From: a cyanobacterium endosymbiont of Epithemia turgida isolate EtSB Lake Yunoko | GTDB lineage: Bacteria > Cyanobacteriota > Cyanobacteriia > Cyanobacteriales > Microcystaceae | Length of the DNA stretch: 32,000 nt | Direction of reading: 5' to 3' | Assembly: GCF_000829235.1 (NCBI RefSeq) | Contig: NZ_AP012549.1 | Span: forward strand, 1,320,001-1,352,000 | Part shown: piece after piece, positions 25,070-32,000 of the stretch | Layout: the number at the start of each line of letters is the position of its first letter | How positions within the stretch are numbered: position 1 is the first letter of the stretch | Program-made: the position numbers and the translations under genes | Notes under the pieces: generated by a model | What the model was told of the DNA's origin: nothing | The model's database searches: none | The model's input: the letters and a program-made list of their open reading frames with translations, nothing else

Positions 25070-26569
25070 TTAATTTTGAAACCAACTAACATCAATATAA
25101 TTAATTTTTGCATATGGTTCTAAAGCTGTTAAAATTTGACTACCATAACTCCGACAATTAACTCGATTATCCAATAAAGCCACCACCCCCTGACATTCCC
25201 GTAACGGCATTACCACCCGTTGAATTATCTTCATAGCTGTCGGCAAAAGATAGAAACGAAACCAATCTTTATGTTGTTTTTTATAATAGCTAACACGAGC
25301 AGCCACTAAAGGATTTTCTAAGGAAGGAATTGGCAGAGTTGCCATCACTAACAGTTGAGTTGTGGGCAATGCTTCATGATTATAATACCAAAAGTCCCAA
25401 CTACTAATTAGAATTCCATTATTAGTAATTTGAGTTTTTTCTACTTGTACTCGCGATCCAAATTCAGCGGCTAAGGCTGTTCCAACCCGTACTTTTAAGA
25501 ACATATCATTAATTAAAATAACAATTAGTTGGGAACGATAACAACATAAAGTAACAAAACGACGAACTTGGTTAAGCATTACTCCTTGAAATTCAGGTGT
25601 ATTTGGCATGGGTAAATTATCACAAATATACAATTTAATACATTTATTTTGTCGATTAGGAGAGAATTTAAGACACAAAACATCATTTTTGAATCCAATG
25701 CTATCACGATAAGTTATTGCAGTTTTGTCTCCATCAAGAAACCCACCCATCAAAACAACAGGAGATGTTTGCCAAATCGACTCTAATATCGAACCTACTT
25801 CCAAGGGACTACTATGAAGGGAAAAATCTTGAATTTGATAATCTATAGAAGCCCAAAGCAATTGACTTTGGGCTGACATTTTCTTCCAGAATTTTTTAAA
25901 AGCTGAGTCCCCTGTAAGTACTTCTCCTAAATATTGGAGAGTCTTATATTCCTCTTCGTTTAAGAGATAACATTGATAGGGATTAGTGGAACGGCTTAGG
26001 ATCTTTTTGGCGAGATAAAGACGCACCTCTTGAATTAAATTGCCATAGGCTGAGTAGTTTTTTTGTAATTGTCGCCAATGGTGAGGTTTAAGGGTGCTAG
26101 TAAGGTATTCCCTTGTCCAGTCTTCTAACTCATCAGCATTATCGATTAAAGTTAGAATTTTCTCGGAAAAATAGCTTTTTTTTCCCAGTCGAGCACTTAA
26201 CCAAGTTTGGGGAGAGACCATTAATATCCCCCGAAAATTATCCCAAGTTAATCTTTCATCTTCTGTATGAATGACTTGATCAGTTTGTAACCATTCTTGT
26301 AGTTTAGGAATAATTCCGGTTAATAATTTTTCTTGAAGTGTGGAAGAGGCTACTAATAAAACAGGGCGATCACTCAGTAATGCTGGCATTAAATAACTAC
26401 ATCCATAACGGGATACTGTACTCCCAGTTTGAATAATTGCTGAACGTCCCAAGCGCAAACCCCTTGAGACTAATCTTGCCATGGTTAGATGGTGATCCCA
26501 TAAAGGCAGTCCTTGTTGGCGTAAAAACGCTCGCAGTGAGGCGTGGACTTCTGCTTCAAGTAGGGTCAT
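25070..26569 (-). CDS. DinG/Rad3-like helicase-fold protein with degenerate ATPase motifs
   Basis: 499 aa. The DinG-like N-terminus is WDHHLTMARLVSRGLRLGRSAIIQTG. Where Walker A should sit it reads STVSRYGCSYLMPALL, and there is no GK[ST] P-loop anywhere in the protein. The DEAH-box position reads LTLIDNADELE. A C-terminal motif-VI-like block VALLDNRVNCRSYGSQIL is retained. Confidence 0.8.
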   Translation of the reverse strand: MTLLEAEVHASLRAFLRQQGLPLWDHHLTMARLVSRGLRLGRSAIIQTGSTVSRYGCSYLMPALLSDRPVLLVASSTLQEKLLTGIIPKLQEWLQTDQVIHTEDERLTWDNFRGILMVSPQTWLSARLGKKSYFSEKILTLIDNADELEDWTREYLTSTLKPHHWRQLQKNYSAYGNLIQEVRLYLAKKILSRSTNPYQCYLLNEEEYKTLQYLGEVLTGDSAFKKFWKKMSAQSQLLWASIDYQIQDFSLHSSPLEVGSILESIWQTSPVVLMGGFLDGDKTAITYRDSIGFKNDVLCLKFSPNRQNKCIKLYICDNLPMPNTPEFQGVMLNQVRRFVTLCCYRSQLIVILINDMFLKVRVGTALAAEFGSRVQVEKTQITNNGILISSWDFWYYNHEALPTTQLLVMATLPIPSLENPLVAARVSYYKKQHKDWFRFYLLPTAMKIIQRVVMPLRECQGVVALLDNRVNCRSYGSQILTALEPYAKINYIDVSWFQN

Positions 26570-26987
26570 TGATAATTATTTTTTTTACCAAATTAGATTT
26601 TAACATTTTTATTGACTATGTACAATTTACTTTTAGTCTATAACTCAATTTTTTTCTAGATTTTATCTTTGAAATTTGATTCCTTAGTTGCATAGCAATT
26701 CACTTAAATATTAAAATTAAAATATTTTTTATTACCTAAATTATTGATATATAATAAATAATTATTATCAGATTAAATGTATCAATACAGATATAAATAA
26801 ACTTCAAAAACAAAAGAAGATGATTCTATATTTTTATACCCGATCAATTACAGTTAAAATCATTATCTCTTTTTAAGAATAAGAGGAAAAAGCTAAATTT
26901 TATTGATGTCTTATTCTACATAAGAGGGTTTGAAAAATTATGAGTTACTGATTTACTAAGACTTGGTATAGAAAAACAAATGCATGC

Positions 26988-27040
26988 CTTATACTGTTTC
27001 AAATAAATTATTCTAAAAAATTTATTTGAAACAGTATAAG
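26988..27040. repeat. 22-bp perfect hairpin, function unknown
   Basis: CTTATACTGTTTCAAATAAATT (26988-27009), loop ATTCTAAAA, AATTTATTTGAAACAGTATAAG (27019-27040). No adjacent U-tract on the + strand. On the - strand a T-rich run (TTTGTTTTTC) begins 7 nt after the stem. Confidence 0.8.
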
Positions 27041-28008
27041 TCTGACTCTAATTATTTAGATATAGAGTACAATACGATTTATCCTTTATATTGATTTCTA
27101 GTCGTCTACTTATACATTAAAAAACAATTAGAGTGGTCATATCACTTGATTTCTCAAAAGAATTTATAATTTCAACAATAAAATCAAGAATTTATTTCAT
27201 TGTTAAATAGAATTAACTAGTAATATGTTAGATTGAGGAATTTGCAAGTAAAAAATAGATAAAGTTTATAAATTAACTAGCTATTGTCTTAATTAACTTC
27301 AATCTATTATTAGGAATTTATACAATATTTTAAATTATTTAGGGAGTTTTAGGGAAATTATCCTAGTTATTTCTGTAAATTCGGAAAAATAATTAATTTT
27401 TAAAAAGTTATTGATTCAGATAAGGTTAAATTAATGTAACTAAGTTTAAAGATACTATAAAATACAAATTAACAGAAAGAATTTATATCCATTGTGTTAC
27501 TCTGACTAGAGCAGATAATTTTTTCTATTGGGTTATTAACATGAGCCATAGGATAGACCATCATAAGAAAATTTTTATCCATAAAAAATATTTTAAATCG
27601 GTAATTACTCTTAAATATTATTTAAACCTATTCTTAATGGCTACTATTAACGCTACAGAATATAGCCGTAATCATAGTTTACATATAAAAAATCAACACT
27701 ATATGGCTAGTAAGAAGAGAATTGTTATTTATAATACTTAACGGGTGATTGTTTATCATGTCATATGTGCTAAGAATGACAACTGGGTTTTCATTCTCCT
27801 TGTGATAAAGTTAATGTTATTTTTAATTGTATTTACCCTAACAAAAAATAATAATATCTTGAGTTTTACTATTTAAATTTTCGGTATCATTTTACAAATA
27901 ATAATAAAAAGACTATTTATTGTGTGGGTTAAATAACTTATAACGAATCAATTTATGTTTAATTAAATGTGGCAGTAAAAGTATTAGAGAAACTTTAAGG
28001 TTATGTAA

Positions 28009-28046
28009 AATTATCAGTATTACTGGTGGCAGTAATACTGATAATT
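28009..28046. repeat. 17-bp perfect hairpin with tetraloop, function unknown
   Basis: AATTATCAGTATTACTG (28009-28025), loop GTGG, CAGTAATACTGATAATT (28030-28046). Confidence 0.8.
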
Positions 28047-28297
28047 AACAAATTCTAGCTTAGCAGTTATAAATTAAGTATAAATTTAATTTTGCTGGGG
28101 TCATATCTGATGAGAATTTAGATAAATTTTAAACTGTTTTTGATTGTGCTGGGTTTCCTAGTTTAGATTTATTTATTAGTACTTTTATAGTAAAAAATTT
28201 TGTGATTAAAGTATCTGTTGTAGTTTTGGATACAGAAGGACAACCAGAGGTATTTTTTAGTATGGGTAATTTTATTTGATTTTATAAATTCTGATTA

Positions 28298-28332
28298 TAG
28301 TTAACAGTTAATAGTTAATACTTAATAGATAG
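28298..28332. repeat. Heptamer tandem repeat, (TAGTTAA)-like, about 5 units
   Basis: TAGTTAA CAGTTAA TAGTTAA TACTTAA TAGATAG, read directly from the sequence. Confidence 0.7.
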
Positions 28333-28598
28333 TTTTCATGAAAATTTATAATCATATTTTAGTTGATCAAAACTAGCCTAAAAGAATAGAAAAATCTATG
28401 AATTGCTAAAACAATTATTAAGTGCTTGAAGTTAATACTGAATAAAATAACAATAAAAACTTTATTAGTTTATTTAATAAATAGAGGTATCATTAGGTAG
28501 ATCTAACAAAAGCTGATTTCCTCTTTTTGTTTAATTAAATTGTTTCAAATATATATTTAAGTAGGACAACATAATTTTTATTAATTAAACATTAACTT

Positions 28599-28643
28599 AT
28601 TAATATAAATATTATTAATATAAATTATATTAATATATTTAAA
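28599..28643. repeat. Three tandem 15-nt units sharing ATTAATATA(AAT)
   Basis: ATTAATATAAAT occurs at 28599 and 28614, and ATTAATATAT at 28629, an exact 15-nt spacing. Confidence 0.6.
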
Positions 28644-28950
28644 ATCAACATATATTAGTTTTAAAATAAGTAGGTTAGCTTGTAAAAATCTGAAAAAAAA
28701 TTAATTAAAGCCTAGTAGTCGCTAGATATAAATCTGTCTAAAAATTAAGCTAACACAATCAGAATAGTAAGAAATATAAAAGTTAGATAATGCCAAAAAA
28801 TTACTTATGGCATAAAAATATAAATTTTATATCTAAATCTAATAGATTTTTATTTTATAAATAAAAAGTAAATATAACTATAAAAAATATATATAACTTT
28901 TATATTTTAAATTATCAATTATTCAAGAAAGTAGTTATATAAAATTTGAT

Positions 28951-30180
28951 TTATAAAGATAAATATCTTTGATTGAATATTTTCCAACATTCTTGAGCAA
29001 TTGCCCAATCTTCTTCGGTATGAATAATAAGAATCCTGACAGTTGAATCATCGGTTGCAATATCAGTATCTACTGAGAAATTATTGTTTTTCTTAGGATC
29101 TAATTTCAGTCCTAGAAATTCAAACGCTTCACAAGTTTTTTCACGTACAATAGCTGAATTTTCTCCTACTCCTGCGGTAAAAACTAATGTATCTAATCCT
29201 CCTAAACTACCTAACATTCCTCCTAAGTGCCATCGTAGACGATGAATATACATATCAAAAGCTAATTGTGCGCGGTAATTTCCTTCATTAACTGCTTGAA
29301 TAATAGATCGTAGATCAGCAGAAATACCTGAGACTCCTTGAACCCCTGATTTTTTATTCAACATAGTATTTAATTGATTAGCAGTAAAGTTATATTGACG
29401 TATTAAATGAATTAAAATGGCAGGATCAATGGAACCACTACGGGTTCCCATCATTAATCCTTCAAGGGGAGTAAATCCCATTGTCGTATCAATACTAATT
29501 CCATTCTTGATAGCTGCTAAAGAACAACCATTTCCTAGATGACAGGTAATTAATTTTAAAGATGTTAAGGATTTATTTAAAATTTGAGCTGCTTTTTCGG
29601 CACAATATTTATGACTGATTCCATGAAACCCATAACGACGAATACCCTTTTCTAACCATTCATAAGGAATGGGATAAGCTGCTGATTTGAGTGGTATATG
29701 ACAATGGAAAGCAGTGTCAAATACTGCTACTTGTGGAACATTTCCTAATACCTGTTCAATAGCTTGTATTCCATTAATATGCGACGGATTATGGGTCGGA
29801 GCTAGTGGAATTAAGCGGGCGATTACCGCTTTTACATCCGGAGTAATTAAAGTTGCTTCAGAATAATCTGTGCCTCCATGAACCACCCGATGACCGACAA
29901 TATTAATTTGTAAAAAATTTTTAATTACTCTTGTTTTTCCTTGAATTAACGTATTAAGTATTTGGGGTATTGCTTGACAAAAATGCTTATGGTTTAGAAT
30001 TTTATTTTTCTTGATTCCATTAGCTTCAACTGTTAAAATACCTTGACCTTTGGCTACTGTCCAATCAATATTAGCTTTCCAGATAGGTTTTATGGAATAT
30101 TTAGGTAAATGATCACTAGTTAAGTTATATAAGCAACTTTTTTGACTACTTGAACCTGCATTAATGATTAAAATTTTCAT
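28951..30180 (-). CDS. ackA: Acetate kinase
   Basis: 409 aa. The N-terminal MKILIINAGSSSQKSCLY is the acetate/propionate kinase signature. Other family blocks present are VGHRVVHGG, GFHGISHKY and TCHLGNGCSLAAIKNG. No pta is adjacent. Confidence 0.95.
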   Translation of the reverse strand: MKILIINAGSSSQKSCLYNLTSDHLPKYSIKPIWKANIDWTVAKGQGILTVEANGIKKNKILNHKHFCQAIPQILNTLIQGKTRVIKNFLQINIVGHRVVHGGTDYSEATLITPDVKAVIARLIPLAPTHNPSHINGIQAIEQVLGNVPQVAVFDTAFHCHIPLKSAAYPIPYEWLEKGIRRYGFHGISHKYCAEKAAQILNKSLTSLKLITCHLGNGCSLAAIKNGISIDTTMGFTPLEGLMMGTRSGSIDPAILIHLIRQYNFTANQLNTMLNKKSGVQGVSGISADLRSIIQAVNEGNYRAQLAFDMYIHRLRWHLGGMLGSLGGLDTLVFTAGVGENSAIVREKTCEAFEFLGLKLDPKKNNNFSVDTDIATDDSTVRILIIHTEEDWAIAQECWKIFNQRYLSL

Positions 30181-30480
30181 GATTATTTTATTTATTAAAT
30201 TTTATATTATTCTGTATTTATGAAAGTTTTTCTAGGTTAAATTAAATTGATAATAAATTCAGAGTCTCCTCTTTAGAGGCAGTATAAACTCAGAGACGGT
30301 ATTTACTTCATTTAATATTGTATTAGGATAATATTAAACAATGTAATATGAACAAAAGACAGATACTTGATGGTTACAATAATAACAATGATCAGTTAAC
30401 CAACTTAAACTAACTCTATTATTTAGATATTCTTCCATGTTAGCTTTTTGAATATCTGAATTATCAGTTTTAGGATAAAT

Positions 30481-30627
30481 TTATATAGCAAAGTATGGTG
30501 GTAGATAAAAAAAATTATTTTCCCTTTCACTCCATCCCCAAGGAAAATAATTGTTAGCTATAAATAAAATATCATAGCAATAAATCAGACTGCCAGGCAG
30601 TTCAAGCCCTGTATGAAAACCAAACAT
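30481..30627 (-). CDS. Candidate 48-aa ORF or gene fragment
   Basis: Not in the ORF track. My translation is MFGFHTGLELPGSLIYCYDILFIANNYFPWGWSERENNFFYLPPYFAI*. The composition is protein-like and the patch is G+C-richer than its surroundings. The AGGAGA upstream sits only 1 nt from the ATG, which is poor spacing. It overlaps an 11-bp inverted repeat (30513-30523 / 30542-30552). Confidence 0.2.
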   Translation of the reverse strand: MFGFHTGLELPGSLIYCYDILFIANNYFPWGWSERENNFFYLPPYFAI

Positions 30628-31142
30628 ATCTCCTCATGCTTTTTCTTGTAACAAATTTAGTATATGCTTTAAGTTCTTTATTTTCTGATATTTCCCCTCT
30701 ACGTGTAGTTGTCACTAAAATTATAGTAGTCTTTGATTATAATCTTAAATTTTAGATTTTAAAAACTTAGCTATTTTAATTCTTACTCACTAATATCGTC
30801 AATAGTTTATTTCATAAAATTATTGTATTTACTTTTTAATTATTGGATAATTAATGATATTAAATTCCTAAAAAACTCAGCCATATTAACATTATAAATA
30901 TCCTTAAAAGTTAATAAAAAATATAGCAAAAATAGATTTCAAGCAGACTTTAATTAGTTATAATCAATATTTAATTAAAGTTATCTTCTCTTGATTACTG
31001 TTGCTAATTAGTTAATTTTTATATTAGTATCTTTACACTATATTATAAAATATATATAGCATATATATCATTTTTTTGTTGTTATAAAATATAAATATTT
31101 TATAAATCACTGATTCACTTTGTATCTATTTATTATCTATCA

Positions 31143-31466
31143 TTACTTACTATATTTGAATTTAGTATGAGCTATTTTAAGTTTTAAAAAACCTCCTAAT
31201 CCAGCCATTACTAGGAAAAAAAGAACAGTCATAGATTGGGGAACAGCCAAAGAAATAATTGAATTTTGCACCTCTAAAACATTCTGAGCCTCTGATGGGA
31301 CAGACTGTTTTAGAATAAACTTTACAGGAGTATTTTTTAAATTATTGTGAGTTTGAGCTTGATCTAAATTAGTATAACCATCAACACTGAATGTTAAAGA
31401 ACTTCCTATGGTTGAAGCAAGAGTAGCAGAGGAAGTTGCTACCACGAATCTATTAATTACGGTCAT
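31143..31466 (-). CDS. Small secreted protein with a PEP-CTERM-like C-terminal sorting signal (variant VPQS)
   Basis: 107 aa. The N-terminal hydrophobic segment is MTVINRFVVATSSATLAS. The C-terminus is AVPQS-MTVLFFLVMAGLGGFL-KLKIAHTKFKYSK, that is, a P-x-x motif, a TM helix and a basic cluster. This is the PEP-CTERM layout, but with PQS in place of PEP. Confidence 0.5.
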   Translation of the reverse strand: MTVINRFVVATSSATLASTIGSSLTFSVDGYTNLDQAQTHNNLKNTPVKFILKQSVPSEAQNVLEVQNSIISLAVPQSMTVLFFLVMAGLGGFLKLKIAHTKFKYSK

Positions 31467-32000
31467 TTGTGTAAAAATCTTAATAAGAATAAAGTATCTT
31501 GGCAGAGATTATATACGACTGTTTAAATATACCTTTTTTCTTTATAAAAATTTTACATTTTAATTAATGAAGTAATTATGTATTAATAGCTAAAAGCTGT
31601 TCCCTTAATACTGAAATAATATTTATATTTTGTCTTTTTATAAAGCTCAAATTTTTATACTGAATCTATCTTTATGATTAAAGTTTATTAATTTATTTTT
31701 TACACTACAAATAGATTAGTATCTATTGTATAAAACAAAAGTAAATTATCGGTTTGGCTATGCTTATTTTTAAAAAATTAACTAATCATGGACTACAAGT
31801 GAGTATAATCACTGGCTTTAGTAGTTTCCTCTTGCCCAGTTCAATCACAGCTTAAACTAATTTGGATAAGTTAATAATAGAACTTTGTCAAAAGTCTATT
31901 GAAATCAAAGTAGCAGTCACTGAAAACATAAGAAAACGGATATAAATATCTTTTGAAACCGTAAAACTATCGTCGATTTCTAATACAGAATTTAAAATTA

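Noticed and set aside
26437-26643. 68-aa + strand ORF
   Set aside because: It is antisense to the 5' end of the dinG-like CDS and extends into the AT-rich spacer, with no motif.
27541-27741. 66-aa ORF (MSHRIDHHKKIFIHKKYFKS...) in the third spacer
   Set aside because: The composition (Lys/Ile/Asn/Tyr/His) is what AT-rich DNA yields by chance. There is no SD, no motif and no local G+C rise. I cannot exclude it, but I do not support calling it a gene.
28107-28135. Hammerhead-ribozyme-like CTGATGAG followed by a 5-6 bp stem (AATTTA/TAAATT)
   Set aside because: The obligatory GAAA core after stem II is absent (the sequence reads TTAAAC), and I could not build a convincing stem I/III or cleavage triplet. 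CTGATGA is expected several times by chance in 64 kb of two-strand sequence.
28890-28941. 9-bp AT-only inverted repeat (TATATAACT/AGTTATATA) just downstream of the ackA stop, followed on the minus strand by TATTTTTTAT
   Set aside because: The 34-nt loop and all-A/T stem give negligible predicted stability. Inverted repeats like this are common by chance in sequence this AT-rich.
31888-31998. Minus-strand frame open from the right window edge for 36 codons (ILNSVLEIDDSFTVSKDIYIRFLMFSVTATLISIDF*)
   Set aside because: It could be the 3' end of a gene lying beyond the window, but it is too short and too featureless to call.

Overview
This looks like a low-G+C cyanobacterial chromosome segment. 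Supporting signs are a plant-type [2Fe-2S] ferredoxin, a biliverdin-reductase-like gene, one HIP1 octamer (GCGATCGC) and a PEP-CTERM-like ORF. The window splits into two very different halves.

(A) Bases 1-17979 are about 95% coding (970 nt lie outside my CDS calls). They form one large envelope-glycosylation locus in three strand blocks. It contains a DPM1/ArnC/GtrB-type GT2 polyprenyl-phosphate sugar synthase, an amine-oxidase-fold flavoprotein and two ArnT/PMT-like GT-C proteins. It also has two tandem diverged YfhO/PTPS-related-like membrane proteins bracketing a SAM methyltransferase. Two copies of an uncharacterised ~600-aa polytopic protein are present, one truncated by the left edge. 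The locus ends with an FkbM methyltransferase translationally coupled (TAATG) to a 1001-aa GT4-linker-GT2 protein.

(B) Bases 17980-32000 are about 67% free of ORFs of 60 aa or more (9377 of 14021 nt). Single housekeeping-type genes sit as islands between extremely AT-rich spacers: an 87-aa hypothetical, a biliverdin-reductase-like oxidoreductase, petF, a DinG-like protein with degenerate ATPase motifs, ackA and a PEP-CTERM-like ORF. Three of the spacers are nearly the same length (2301, 2317 and 2381 nt). The spacers contain long near-perfect hairpins with stems of 15, 17, 22 and 26 bp. They also hold short tandem repeats, a 14-mer shared between two distant spacers, and short or interrupted ORFs that look like decayed or unannotated genes.

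I recognised no tRNA, rRNA, CRISPR array, transposase or integrase. All family assignments rest on motifs read by eye and on memory of those families; no searches were run.
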